Shown piece after piece: positions 9,397 to 23,955 of a DNA stretch of 64,000 nt. The notes beneath the pieces are model-generated. The model did no database searches, had not been told where the DNA came from, and saw nothing but the letters and a program-made list of their open reading frames with translations. How positions within the stretch are numbered: position 1 is the first letter of the stretch; every line of letters starts with the position of its first letter. A program made the position numbers and the translations under genes. Source of the stretch: Fimicolochytrium jonesii (taxonomy: Eukaryota); assembly GCF_025526975.1 (NCBI RefSeq), contig NW_026515698.1:62001-126000 (forward strand), in the 5' to 3' direction.

Positions 9397-12300
9397 TGTA
9401 GTAGTGCGCTTCGAACTGTGCATGAAATCGATAATATTCCGACGCCAATTATATCCCTAGAATCTTCAACGAGCGAATGAAATCACCTTTATATGACAAT
9501 GTCAAAATACCTTCAAAACTTCCAACAATAAATGGACACACTCGCGTTCCTGACACTCCGACGATTACCAAATACAACTACCTTTACCGAAACCTTGCTT
9601 CACAACGACGTTCTGTCCTCGGATACGACTGACATGCGAAAAATGTAGGCGTAGGAGAGGATCCCACACATGAAAGCGCCCCCGACCCGACTTTCAACCA
9701 ACCAGAAGCTCCCACGACGCCCGAAACGCTAAAGAAATCAACTGCGAAACGAGAAAACCAATTTCCGGTGGCCGTAAACGCCAAACATCGCAGAAAACCC
9801 CGAGAAAAGTTTAGCGATAAGACTGTATCAATGCCAAAATTGCGAATGGAAAAAGGAAAAACTACGTAGACCGCCGCAGGAAAAGAGAAAAAGACCCCGA
9901 CGTAGCTAAATCCTCTAGAGACGACTAGTAAAGAGTTTGGACTTCGACAAAATCCCGTAGCCTAGAAAAATCCATATAAAAACCCGCCTGTTTTCCCCAG
10001 ACCTTTGTACGATACGCAGAACACAGATCCCGATCAACAACAGAGCTTTCTACTTCTCTACTCCCAACGACTTCTTTCAGTTTCAGATAGACTTTCAAGG
10101 CGCGCTCATAGACCCGGAGAGCTTAGACAAGACGACCCCGAGTGTCGTGACTTGTACTTTGCTGACGTCGCCGAGGACTTGATCGTTCAGGAATCTTGTA
10201 AGAAGAGCTGAAAGTTAGATTGGATAACCCCGTTGTTTTGTTTTGTAGTCAAACCTACAGATATTCCCGATTTCGTGCTTTGTGCCCGTACCCGTAATTC
10301 CCGACCCCATATTAGAAGAAGGACTCCTTTCAAAGCACCTGGAAATTAAGGTGGCAAGACGATGCTCTCACTTGAGATCTCTTCCTGTGCTATTGAGAGA
10401 CCGGCAGCTTATTTTTCCCGACACCCGACCGTAACCCCGTATTTGACAGACCCTTGTTTCTGCCGGCCACCACCACATTTACTGGCGATCTTACCAGGAG
10501 TCCTTTTCTTCGACGAAAAGAGATTCTATCGCTCAGACTTTCTTTTGACCCGCTTATCCGTATAGACTTCGTACCTACCGTACAATAAAAATCGACGAAA
10601 AACGATACGCTAGTTATTCGACTCGCTATCTACCAAAAACAGCCACTTTTCGACAGCTCGACAGCACGTCTCCGCCCGACTTTTCGACAGCCTACCCCTT
10701 GTTTCGACACGCCAAAGCGCGTTTTCACACGTGCATTCTGGTGCGCCACTCTTTGACGTCAGCACTTTCGTACTCCGACAACCGACTCGTTTTTAGAGAC
10801 GATCTTCAACCGTCTATTTTTAGACACCTTTGCATTTTTCGAGTAATAGCAACTTTCTCGACAAAATGGCAGACGCTAATGCACCGCCGAATAACCCGAA
10901 TCCAGACCCGAATCCCGATCCGAACCCGGAACCGAACAATCCGCCTAACCCGCCTCCCAACTATGAGGCGAACAACCCGATGTTTACTGTGACTGCCGAC
11001 TAGTTTGCGATACTACTTTGAGTTGCTAGTTCGAAAGGTCTACCTATGATAGGACACCCTGGAGCTATAGAGTTCGATGGACGAGATGTACAGGAGAAAA
11101 TCAATCTATTCTATGCTCAACTTAACGATGCTGAATACGAACCTGACGCCGAGTACCCGAGCATCGTCCTGAACCCTCCGCACACTACACTTCGCAGTCC
11201 GTACAACACGCAAGATCCTGCTATTGCTAATCAGCGGGAACAATCAATCGTGGAATTGAAACACAAACGATGTATGCAGACATTCATCCAGTATTCGAAA
11301 CCGAGTATTTGACCGCTGCTTCGTAGTATGCCTAGTTTCCAATCGCTTGACATAACCAAATATACTCGATGGATAGAAGAACCAACCTGGGCAACGTTTA
11401 CTGAAGAAGTGATATTGCACTTTGATGCGTTTAAAACTCGACATACTTTCAACGACCTCGAACAATGGGCTCTCAGTCAACGAGACCATGTCAAACGGAA
11501 CACTGCCAACGTTGCTGAATTTATCAACGAAATGGCCTATCGATATGCAAGAATCGATGGGGTCGCCAACAAAGAAAAGATCAATCTGCTTCTGACCCCG
11601 TGGAAAGCCGAACCCGGCTTCGACAAACGAGTTCTCCAACGAGCCAGAAGACTTGCTGCTGAACGTGGAACCCACTTGCGACCGACTCAGTTACCCTCCG
11701 TTAGCCGAGTTACGGAAGCCATCACCGAAGCAACCAATGAAGATGCCGCGCTTTCTCAACTTACGACATTTATTAAGCAACCCGATTCCAACGTGCGATC
11801 TATGACTGTTAAGAAACCGATTCTTACGATCCCCGGTATTACCAACCCGACTGTTAGCGACCAGCTGAACTTCGTACAAGGACAAGTATTGCCGACCGAG
11901 AGCAAACTTGGCCAAGCAGTACGCGAAATGACCAAACGAATGGCCCAGTTGCAGACTAGCCAGGACCGAATCCTGCAGAGCTTGACTCCTGTGACCCAAC
12001 TTCCACCTGCAAACGATTCGCAAGGCAGTGGCTCAACGAATACCGGCAATGCGAATGTTCGACCCTTGCGATGCGTATATTGCGATCCAGAAGGACACCA
12101 GCGCAGATTTTGCAGAGACTTTTCCGAGGTTCAGAACCGAGGAGAACTAGTTCTTAACGGACAAGGACGAATTGCGTACCCTGACAATACGACCATTGGA
12201 GCACCCGGACAAGAAATCCCTTTGAACATCGGACGCGGAGGAATCAAGAAGGTTTACGAAGATGCCAAAGCTGCCGTACTCCGCAACCATAACACTTCCA

Positions 12301-15300
12301 CCAATCAGAGACCCTACAGTCATTTGATCAATTCGTTTATGCTGTGAAACCACGACAAGAAAAAGACCCGTGAAACCTCCGAACGCTCATCCAAAATCCG
12401 AGATTATCTTGAAGAACATGCCGTAGATTTGACCTTTACAATTTGGAACATTACGAACTGGGACGATCCCATTCATTTCGATACGACCATTGCCCAAGCC
12501 CGCGATCCGAAACGACCTGCTGTTGCTGATCCAGCTGACAGAAACCGACCCCGAAGTGGACAAGCACCCGCCAGAGCTGGAACCGATACGGAAGATGCAG
12601 AAGACACCATCCGAAAGAGAAAATTACCGACCCGAGCCGACCGAGAAAGATTCGCTGGAAGAGATATCCTGAAACCAGGAGAGAAAAAGAAACGCCGTCC
12701 GATTGGAGACCGACTAATTGACGATTGACCTGTTACGCCGATGGAGACTGATCCTGAGACCGATACAGATGAAGAACAACCCAAGCAAAGACAGCCGAAG
12801 TTCAAGTTTTATCCCGACATTGCAGACCAAGGCAATCATCCCGTTGACGCGATCAAACGCAGACTCTACAAGAACGTCAATATTGGCATTACTTTCCCGG
12901 AACTGATGACTCTCAGTCCCGAATTTCGAAAATCTGTTGCATCTGACCTACGACAACACCGTGTACCAATCGACCAGTATGAAGAAAGAATCAAGAAACA
13001 AAGTGATCGAGAAAAACAGAAGAAAGCCTGTGACAAACGAGTTGCCGAAATGTCGTTCAACGTGAATGCCATTCAACAATCAGCACACCCTCAGCAGTAC
13101 CTCAAGAACGTGTATAACATTCAGTCTGAAGAGATGGATGAAGGAGAAGTGATGATGTTTCGACAAATCGCGACGGAACATTATAAGACCCCGACTCTAA
13201 GTGGAATCAGTCCACACACAAACGTTAAAATCAACCAGTACTCGAATTCGATTGTTGCACTACTAGATTCCGGAGCCGAAGTGAATCTGATGTCACTACG
13301 TTTATTCGAAGCACTGAACATTCCGATCGAAACAACCATTCCTGCGAACACGACATTGAAGAATATGGATGGGAGACCCAGTCGAATTAATGGTGTCGTC
13401 TACGACAGAAAGATTTCTATTGGATCTATCAGTTGCTCGACCGCCTGCTTTGTCAGTTCCGAGTCCCTCAGTCACGATTTGATTTTGGGAAGACCTTACC
13501 GCCGCATTACCCGATTAGAAGAGAAGAATTGCGATGATGGAAGTGTATGGTGTCGAATATTCGACCCAGACTCTGCCAAAAGTGCCCGATTCCTCGCTGC
13601 ACCAGCCAAGTATGGGATTCAACCTCTGGACACGTACTTGAAGACATCAAAACTATGGGTTCCTCCCGAATACCTCGAAGATATCGACATGCTTTACAGA
13701 CACAAACTCCGACGACCCCTACGAATGCGACCGTACATGATCCAATACTATGAGACAGAAACGGACAGCGAAGAATATGATTCGACAAAAGGAAACGTCA
13801 CCGAAGAACCGACCGATGCAGTTACAACAGAAAACGAACAAGATTCAGAACACGACGTTGAAGAAGCTTACCAACAATCAATCGAGTACCATGTACAAGC
13901 GTTTACCTACCGACAGCAGTCAATCATGGACGATATGCCAATGCTATCCGAAGAATCCGACACAGAAGAAAGTCTTGTTTCAGATTCCGACAGTGATTAC
14001 AGCGTCGATTATGAGGAACTGTTTCAGCCCAGTCGACGACGAACCTATTCCAAATACGACTCCTACTCCGATTCTGAAGAAGAACTATACTGCGTGCAAG
14101 TACGAACGAAATTCAAGCCCGTTGCAAAGAAGATCAAGCCCGTAACACAACCCTTGCCCGGAGGCATTCGACCTGAAGCATTACCCAGACCTACGATTAC
14201 CGAGACACCAGCCAGAAGTACCGTACGCCAAAACCGATTCAATGGACAAGAACACTTGCTTACGTTTGGAGACAATTTGACTACCGAAGAACGAGCTGCG
14301 ATCTTATGACTATTGCGCAAATACGACATGGCTTTTGCTTCCGACGACAGCGAAAGAGGAACATTGAAGCCACACATTGAAGAACCTGTCAAGATTCATA
14401 CGATTCCGCATACGCCCTGGATGGTTAAACCACACCGATTACCCCCACAGATGACAAAGATCGCAACAGACCAACTCCGAACGAAATGAGATGCAGGACT
14501 GTTGGAACCTTCATTTGGACCCTACCGCAACCCCTGGTTCTTAGTTCCCAAGAAGAACGGGACTTATCAATTTGTACAAGACATACAGATGCTCAATAGC
14601 GTGACAATACAAGATGCCGGATGTGCGCCGATCGCAGAAGTTTTCGCTGAAGAATTTGCTGGACGTTCGATTTTGTCTATGGCAGACATGTATTCCGGAT
14701 ATGATCAAGTACCCCTACACCCCGAATCAAGAGACCTTACAGCCATGCTTACGCCGTTTGGATTATACCGACTTACCCGACTCCCTCAAGGAGGAACTAA
14801 TTCAGTAGCTCAATTTCAACGAGTAGTCGACAAAGTTTTCGAATTCCTCAAGCCCGACATCGTCAGCGTATATGTCGATGATACCGGCATTAAAGGGCCG
14901 AAATACCGAGACGAAACACACGTGAAACCCAAAATTCGCGAATTCGTACAAGACCACATGGACGACTGCGAGAAAGTATTTATTCTTATGATCGATTCAG
15001 GACTCACGTCTTTCAGCGAGAAATCAAGCTGGGGAATGTCGAAAGCAAGTTTCGCAGGCATAGTCTGCAGTTACGACGGAAGAGCACCCAAACAATCAAA
15101 GATCCGAAAAATCACCAGCTGGCCCCCTTGCCAGAACCTGACCGAAGTACGAGCATTCCTCGGACTTATTCTATTCTACCGCGCCTGGATCAAAGATTTC
15201 GCTAAGAAAGCCGACGCCCTGTATAAGTTGTACAGGAAAAACGCTCGATTCGAATGGACGACCAAGCAACAGACCTGTATGGATACGTTAAAACAAGAAT

Positions 15301-17720
15301 TTGTTGCTGCCAAGATATTAGCTGCGCCGAACTACGAAGAAGACGCACCCCCGTTCATTATTACGACCGGTGCTACACACATTTCGTGGGGAGCGATCCC
15401 GAAGGAAGAGAAAGACCGATACAATTCGAAAGTGGATTGTTTACCGAACAGCAACGAAATACCTACCCAATAGTCAAACTCGAATTACTTGGAGCCTACA
15501 AAGGAGTTCGCAAACTACGAACTTACGTTTGGGGCAGACGTTTCAAGCTCCAAATTGACGCCAAACCCTTGATTCAACTACTACGAAAACCCGAATTCCC
15601 CGACAGCACCATCATGCGATGGGTAGCACAGTTAATGCTATTTGACTTTGAAATCGAACATATCAAAGGAGAGAAGAACCCTGCGGACGGACTTTCGCGA
15701 AAACCTCGAGCAGACGATGACACCGACACTGAAAATGAAGCCTCCGACGATTCGGAAATGCACGTATTACGAGTCAACTCAGCCACGACCGAATGGAAAA
15801 GTGATTTGAATGAAATTCGCCAATACCTGACCGATATGACCGTACCTACGCGATACAAGTACCCCAGCCAACGAAGAAAATTCCGAAACCGATGTACCCG
15901 ATACGCTCTACAGAATGACAACCTATTCTTACGAAACGGAAGATTGAAACCACTCCTGCGAATCATCGAAAATGAACAAGATCAAGAAGAAATTATCCGA
16001 TTCATGCACGAAAGCAAGGAAGGAGGAGGACATCAAGGCATCCTTGCGACATTCTAAAAGATACGACAACGCTACTACTGGCCAAGACTGTACAAAGAAG
16101 TAAAGGCCTACGTACAATCCTGCCACAACTGCCAATTCAGAGACCCGCGACGTGAATTTGAACCGCTTTGCATCGAAATTGGAACGACACGACCCTTTCA
16201 GAAATGTGGACTAGACTTCGTATTTATCAAGAAAGGAACGAACGCAAATGAAGGAGGAATGATTTTACGAGACGACGCAACCGGTTACCCTGAAGGACGA
16301 ATAATCAGAGGCAAGCTGACTGCACACAAGATTGCTGCGTTCTTATATGAGGAAGTATTCTGCCAACACGGACCGATCAAAAACCTAGTATCCGATGGTT
16401 GACCCGAAAACGTCACCGAAATCATACGACATCTTACCGAGCGATACGGTGTCAAACACTGAATCATGACTGCATATCACCCGCAAGCGAATGGATTAGT
16501 AGAAAGAGGACACGCCCCGATTATCGAAAGTCTTATTCGAACCACATCGACTCCGACAGAATGGCCAACCGTATTCCCTGCTGCATTATGGGCAGATCGA
16601 GTTACCGCGAAAAGAACGACACAGTTTACACCCTTCTCCCTGATTTATGGAAGAGACGCCGTACTACCTATGGAACTTACGTACAAAACATGGATGACAG
16701 TACCGAATCTTCAACAACCCATGGCAACCGAGACACTTTTACAACACTGCATCGAACAATTCCGATACAGAGACAAAGACCTGAAGCTAGCGACAGAGCA
16801 ACTAATCGCAAGCCGAAAAGCAAACAAGAAGTATTGGGAGAAATGACACCGAATTAGAAACCGACCTTTCGAACCCGGCGACATAGTTCTCCTGCACAAC
16901 ACGAAACTATTGACTCAACAAACCGGCAAGACTGACAACAAAGGGTTTGGACCGTACAGAATTACCAAATCCAATGACAACGGCTCGTATTATATCGAAG
17001 AATTAGACCAGACACCGATACGCAAACTTGTAGCCGGAGACTGATTGAAGATATTTTGAACTCGAACTCAGACACAACCGATAATCGACGACAATACCGA
17101 AGATGAAGAAGAAACAGATGAAGAAAACAACATTACAGACGAGAATTGATGAGGACATCAATATTCGACAAAAGGAAAGATGTAGTTTTGCGCTTCGAAC
17201 TGCGCATGAAATCGTTAATATTCCGACGCCGATTATACGCCTAGAATCTTCGACGAGCGAATGAAATCACCTTTATACGACAACGTCAAAGTACCGTCAA
17301 AACTTCCGACAATAAATCGACACACTCGCGTTCCCGACACTCGGACGATTACCAAATACAGCTACCTTTACCGAAACCTTGCTTCACAATAACGTTTTGT
17401 CCTCGGATACGACTGGCATGCGAAAAATGTAGGCGTAGGAGAGGATCTCACACATGAAAGCACCCCCCGACCCGACTCCCAACCAACCAGAAGCTCGCAC
17501 GACGCCCGAAACACTGAAGAAATCATGTGCGAAATGAGAAAACCAATTTCTGGTGGCCGTATACGCCGAACGTTGCAGAAAACCCCAAGAAAAGTTTAGC
17601 GATAAGACTGTATCAACGCCAAAATTGCGAATGGAAAAAGGAAAAACTATGTAGACCGCCGCAGGAAAAGAGAAAAAGACCCCGACGTAGCTAAATCCTC
17701 TAGAGACGACTAGTAGAGAG
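9397..17720 (+). mobile_element. Ty3/gypsy LTR retrotransposon (element B), degenerate, 3' LTR truncated
   Basis: 5' LTR 9397-10477 (TGTAGTAGTG...CACCACCACA); PBS TGGCGATCTTACCAGGAGT at 10483-10501; PPT AAAAGGAAAGA at 17170-17180; 3' LTR 17181-~17720 matches 9397-~9935. Confidence 0.92.
10866..17150 (+). pseudogene. Gypsy gag-pol with multiple stops and frameshifts
   Basis: Gag with CVYCDPEGHQRRFC; protease LLDSGAEVNL; RT PYRNPWFLVPKK, DMYSGYDQV, RLPQG, YVDD; RNase H KLELLG...NPADGLSRKP; integrase H-H-C-C and TAYHPQANGLVERGH; acidic tail with no chromodomain. Confidence 0.93.
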
Positions 17721-18140
17721 GGTCAAAATCGCGGCGGAATTAATTCTACTGCCTACGTTCAACATCTGACCACTCACCTGTTGCGATGTGGCAAAACCTC
17801 GACATTATCATTCCTAATCTGCTTTTTATGCAGGATAACGCTCCGATACACACATCTGCCGAAACCCGTCGATTCTTTCAAGCACACGGGATTGAAGTCA
17901 TGCCCTGGCCTGCGCAGAGCCCGGACCTCAATCCCATTGAGAATCCGTGGTCACTGATAAAGCGGGAAGTATCAAAAGCAAACCCGGCTGTACCGTCGTT
18001 GGATGGAATTATTCAGCAACTATGGCCTACAATGCATAGACATTTGGATAGTTTGGTGGCATCCATGCCGTCGAGAATGGCAGCAGGCCGTCGAGAATGG
18101 CAGCAGTCATAGCGGCAGAAGGGGGAACCACCCGGTATTA
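17721..18140 (+). mobile_element. Tc1/mariner (DD34E-type) transposase C-terminal fragment
   Basis: FMQDNAPIHTS...WPAQSPDLNPIENPW...LVASMPSRM / AVIAAEGGTTRY*. Confidence 0.9.
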
Positions 18141-19260
18141 GATTAAGTTCCAATACCCCAAGATTAAGGATGATGAGGTCTTAAGTCGCAGATTCAATTG
18201 TCGTAGCTTCTCGCTATGATGATGCTGATGATATGCGCTGATACTGACTCAATCTTGGACACGGGTGTAATGGTCACTGAGACCAGCGGGAGAAACGAGA
18301 GCGCAACGCGAGTGCCCAAATCCAGGCTGCCCCTCAAGCGATTGCGGAAGTGCCTAGAGCCACCGGCAACCTCCAAAAAGCACTGGCAGAATGCTGCCCA
18401 GCAAAAGTCAAGCTAACAATCACGCCTGGCCATGCCGGCAGTGGATACCACGCCTGGCTGTGCCGGCAGTGGTCATAGCTCTTCTAGTTGCAGGGCAACA
18501 GTGCCATTGCATTCTATGGAAAAAAGTTTGGCAATTGCCGGAGGATCTTGGGCTGGGGAGAGGAGAAAACGACCCGGGTGCTGTAGCCTGTGAGTCACGG
18601 CGGACGCGCCGACAGTGGACACTGACTTAATCTTGGGGGGGTCGGAGCTGGGTCGGAGGTTTATGGACACTGGCTGTACGCGTCAACCGCGCGTCGATCT
18701 CGAGTTTCGACTTTCAACGTTTCCCAACGGGCAAAACTCCATCGGTCTCGATGCAAAGAAGCAGAACTGTTTTGACTTTACATTGGGGGACTTCACAAAG
18801 TCTATGTACATGCACATGTAACAAATAGATAACAGAATGCGGCAACACGAACTGTGCAGGGGGATGTGTAGCGGCTGCGAGCAAACTAGCTGTCCGTCGC
18901 TGATGCCGGAGCCACGTGTCCCATCTCAGCTCCGGAGGATGATGATATTCTCCTCCTACTCCACTGATGCCTGTCGATTTCGAAAGGTTTGGGGTAAATT
19001 GCCCGCAATCCTTAGACAACTGAAACATCGATCGGTTTCCCTTTTCCACTTCTTCCACCGGGTATATGCATCGTGTGGGACTCAGTTGCATCCCTGGCAA
19101 GCAAGCCACCGAATGATCACGGTATGATCTCGCCTAAATCCTCAAGACTCTTCTTGCAAACAAACTGATGATGGTGACGGGCAGGTGTGTGCGCGATGCT
19201 GAGCCCGGTTGTCCAACAGCTAGGACAGGTCCTAGCGTCCTTCATTGCGGCCCTCGCACA

Positions 19261-22200
19261 CTAGACCGCCCCTACCCAACGTCTTCCCTGATCCCCCACA
19301 TCTCGTTCCCTCCCAGCCTCAACCAAAGCGTCATACAGATCCTGAATGAGCAGCGGTTTCGTCAGGTAGCTCCTCATCCCGATCGCGAGACATTTATCGC
19401 GGTCCTCGACCGAGGCGTTGGCGGTTAGTGCGACGATATAGGGTGGTCGCGAGGACGTTGTGGGTTTTTGGAAATGCTCCATGATCTTTTCGCATGTTTC
19501 GTGCCCGTTCAGCCTATAATGGTCATGGGAAGGGGTAAGTCAGCGCCGGCCCGCAAACGGAGAAGCATGGATAACACCACGCCTTGATACTACTCGGCGC
19601 GAGGACTGATACTTTACCCAGGCATAAACATATCAAGGAACAAAATATCGTACATCCTCCCTTTGGCATCCGCTTCCAACACCGCTCGCACAGCTTGCAC
19701 GCCATCAAGCGCATGTTCGACCGAATCGTCCCGATACCCAAACTTCCCCAAGAACGTCCTAACGATCCGCGCGTTCAAAACATTGTCTTCCGCAAGGAGG
19801 ATCTTGAACGGTAGGCGAGCCGAGAGGTCTGGACTCCATTTGCGCTGGCGTTGGAGGGTCATACGAGTTCCGTTGGGCGAGGTTGCCTGGCCGTTTGCGG
19901 TGCTTTTCTCAGAGATTGGGCACTTGAACTTGAAGGCCATTGTTGCGCCGCGCTCTTGGGAGGGCGGCTTCACCCAGATCTTGCCGCCCATGAGGCCGAC
20001 TAGGTGATGGGCGATGGTGAGTCCGAGACCGCTATTGAGAGGTTGCGAACGAATAGATTGGCATTAGCATGTGCTCATCGTAAACAGGTTGAGTGGCGGT
20101 TAGAAAGGGAGCGTACCTGCCCTGGGCATGCTTTGCCTTTGTGCTGTCCAACTGGACGAAAGGCTTGAACAAGCGCGCAGCTTCCTCCGGTCCGATTCCT
20201 GGCCCGCTATCCTGCACTTCGAATTGAAGTTCGACTTCTCGAGCTTCCGTGCCTCCGCAAAAGAGTCCGGCGCAAGCTTCATCTTCGAGACGGATGCATC
20301 GTATGACGACTTGCCCTTCATCAGTAAACTGCGAGTCATGTTAGGGTGAGTGAGGTGGTAGAAGCACTTTTGATATCCTTTTCACGACGCCTCTTCAACC
20401 AACCTTATACCCGTTCGCCGCCAAATTGATAAGTATCTGCTTTAACCGCGACTTATCCGCCATGATCGACTCAGGCAGCCCTTTCCCAACCTCCCACTTG
20501 ATCTCGACCTTCTTCCTAGCAATAGCAGGACCCGCGAGTGGACTGACTGAGTCCGACGGCGATTGGTTGATCTGAAATGTTCGTCCTAGATCGGTTGGTT
20601 GCACCAATTTGACGACCTCTTCCAAGAGTGCAGGCACATTAACAGGCGTGGGTAAGAGCGTTATCGAGGAGCCCATCTCGATCTTGGTCACGTCTAGCAG
20701 CTCGTTGATTACGTCGAGAAGGTGGCTCCCTGCGTCGTTGAGAGTGCTCAGGAGTTCCTGTTGCCCCGATGTTAACGGGGTGTCCTGTAAAAGCTGAGCC
20801 ATTCCGAGCACCGCGTTCATTGGGGTCCTGACTGGAAGCAAACAACATACACCTTCGTGAGCCACATCAGCGAGGCTAACAACACACCGCCATTCAACTC
20901 CTCAACACTTACGTTCATGACTCATATGTGAGATGAAATCCGTTTTAGCATGATTAGCCGCCACTGCCACTTCCTTAGCTTCCGTCAATTGAGCCTCCAT
21001 CTTCAACCGTTTGATCTCCGCGCCCGCTCTCTCCGCAAACACACACAACCCAACCCGAACGTGCTCGGCGCTGCCGATAACCCCCAACAGTCCGGGCCGA
21101 TCATCGATCATGCCAATAACGCCGAGGTACTCTCCCGTTTCGGTGTCGAGGATGGAAACCGCAACGAATGATTGCGGCGCTCGGTCGAGCGTCTGCCATG
21201 CGGGATTGTCTGGGAATAGGTCCATGACGCCATCTGGGATCGATACCACTGATACAAGTATAGATGCAAACAGTAAGCATCGCAATCTGCTAAACAGCGT
21301 GTTACATTCCATCCGAAATGCTGCGTACCGTTGTCATCAAGCGTGTAAACGCATGGGGTATCCGCAATGTTGTATTCCTTTCCTTCTACTTCCCGGATAT
21401 ACCCGTGATCTCTATGATAGAAACCACAATACCTCAACCTAGTTGGCCGAGTGCCGGCGCTCTCGCCCCCCGGAGTCGATTGATGTGGTACGGCCATAGC
21501 AATCCAGGCATAGCAGAAGCCTGACCTATCACAGTTGGAATAGCAGCGGGTTGAGTGAAGAGCCTGATACTGTGATTAGTGGCTGGAGTGCAGCAGCAGG
21601 ACGCACCAGTTCGATACGCTACGGAGCATCGTCGCAAAGAAATCGTGACCAACAGCCCGAGCGGCGTTTTGATATATTTTCTGCAATCTTTTCTCGAAAT
21701 CAGGCGCTGCAAAGTCGATACTGGTTTGCGAAGACCCAAGGTCGGCTGCTGAGTGATGTCGGCCCAACGCCGAATTGGAGGGTTTGCTGCTAAGTCTGGA
21801 GAGCGGCGTTACGATGCGCGCGCATAGAAGAATTGCTTTGATGCCGGAATCGGTCGATCCCCGGTTGCCGCGATAATATACGGGGTAAGACTCGACGTCC
21901 GATGCGATTATCTCCCCGGTCTGCCGCCGGACGGGTAAGGTAAGTATGGGAAGGGGATCATTTGCCGATAAAAGGCAAACCACCCTAACACAAACAGAAA
22001 GCTTAGACAGACCTTCTTTTTGAAATGCATCAATCTATCGGTGAAGGTTTTACTCTCGTCAGTGTCCCCGACTTGTAGTAGATGCTTAATCCACGCAAGC
22101 GTCTGAAGCTGCTCGGTGGCATCATCATCCCGCCCAGCGACTACTTGGTGAATCCCGTTATTATCGAACTGCTTCAGATCCGCCATCGCATAACCCAAAG

Positions 22201-22480
22201 CAGCTTCAGCAGCCGGGTTCAGTTCGAAGATGAACGGGTCAACGGGAGAGACATCGTTCAAGGTCTCTGAATTTGGCTCCGAACGTGAGCAGTTCAGTGC
22301 GCAACTGGGTTTACACGCAGAGGTTCCCTGCTGCGCTATAATGATGCAAGGGTCGAGCGAGTCCCTCATGAATCGCCTCAACAGCAGGTCGCTGTTAGTG
22401 CTGAGGGACAGTGAACGATGACATACTCCGCTGTTGGTGCCGTTTTGAGAGTGCATGATTTTCTGGCGAAAATTATGCAA
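19261..22480 (-). CDS. Hybrid sensor histidine kinase (PAS-like, GAF-like, HisKA, HATPase, receiver), multi-exon; 5' end uncertain
   Basis: H-box FISHMSHE/LRTPMNAVLG split by an intron; N-box RLKQILINLAANG; DSGPGI; GLGLTIAHHLVGLMGG; receiver ILLAEDN, DILFLDMFMP, IVALTANA, YLTKP; PAS-like ELNPAAEAALGY. Confidence 0.9.
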
Positions 22481-23955
22481 TTTGGCAGATTCCTTCGACA
22501 GACGGCAAAGGTGTGCAGGCTTGGAAAACTACGTAGGGCTGATGAGGGTTACAGACCGGGATCTTGTGCGGATGCATTTGTCAACGACAAGTCAGACAAT
22601 GAACGGGCGTAGTGCGTAGGCCTATTGTGCCCTGGCCTGCTGCGTGTGTTCCCAAACACCGTCCGTATTCCCCTTGCCCGCTTCTATAATTAGCAGCCTG
22701 GCCTGCACTGTACTGTGCTTTCAGTTGACGGCAAAAGGGACAATCTCGACAACCGACGGTACGTTCAAGTGACAGCAAGTGACACTATTGCATTCAATTG
22801 GGGAACCACATCCATGGAAGACCAGAGCAAAGTCGTTGGGCTGCCCCCATACCCACACTCGAAAGCAAAAGTTTCAACGGGTATAAAAGCGCACGTTTAC
22901 TGGAGAATCACTGCTACGGGACATCAATTCCCTGACATCGTGCGTGTATATACGACTAGGGTAATCCATTGAACGATCGTGGTATGACACTCGCCGTGCT
23001 TGAAAATCGACATATCTTTCGGATGGCCACGCATTTCCGTGGTTTATCAGAACACTCGATGAACTCCGGGAAGCGGCGGATAGCCTCATCCTCTCAGGTT
23101 CGAGCTGGTAGCAGAAAACGGCTGAAAGAAAGGAAGTCAGGCAGCTTGCATCAGAATCTGATGCGTCTGGAGGCCCTTGGCACGGCGACTCCATCTGTTT
23201 CCCCATTTCGGCCGTAGGCCTCGGTCAATCCAACAACCAGTGGATGTCGTGAGATTTAGGTACCCCATGGCGAATTTTGTGCATTGGCCCCTTGTGAAAA
23301 TGAGCGACGAGTCAAGCACGGAGGATGAAGATCTCTCGCAAAATCTCGTCTGGAAGAGTGATTGGCCAGGCTGATTGACCACTTGTTAATTGGCTACTTA
23401 GCGACATTTTCACCAGCGTCGACTCTCGTACGGATAATAAAACTGCTTGCGAATCGACTTCGTCTGAGACGAAGAAGAGGGGTGCAGTGCGTACGTGTCT
23501 CCTGGTGCTCTCCACATCCTGTACACTCTGTTTCTGGTTGCATACAACGCATAAACAGCTCCAACCTCCCCCTTGCTGACCTAAAACTATTAGTAGGCTC
23601 GAAGAAGAAAGGTGGCCCAGATGTGTGGCTTTATATGCCATCGATTCGGACCCACTCGGAATGTGGAGTTGACTCGGGCGCGCTGTCGAGTTACTGTCAA
23701 TGAGCCCCATCTGACTTGACTCATTTGCGGGTTGGAACACGAGGGAAGGTCTACTCTGAATGCAAAAATCCAATTGAAGGATATTTTCATATTTACAGCG
23801 AACTTGAATCAAGCGACGCCGAGGTCGCTCTTGCAACCGACAGCGAGCGAATCTTTTGCGCCACCTGAGCCCAACATCTTAGCGGCGAGCATGAGCGAGC
23901 TCTCGAATACAAGCTAGCACGACGTATTGGGAGCACTGGGCACGAATGCCGTTAA

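Noticed and set aside
22535..22570. Hammerhead ribozyme core CTGATGA
   Set aside because: No GAAA after the putative stem II and no convincing stems I and III.
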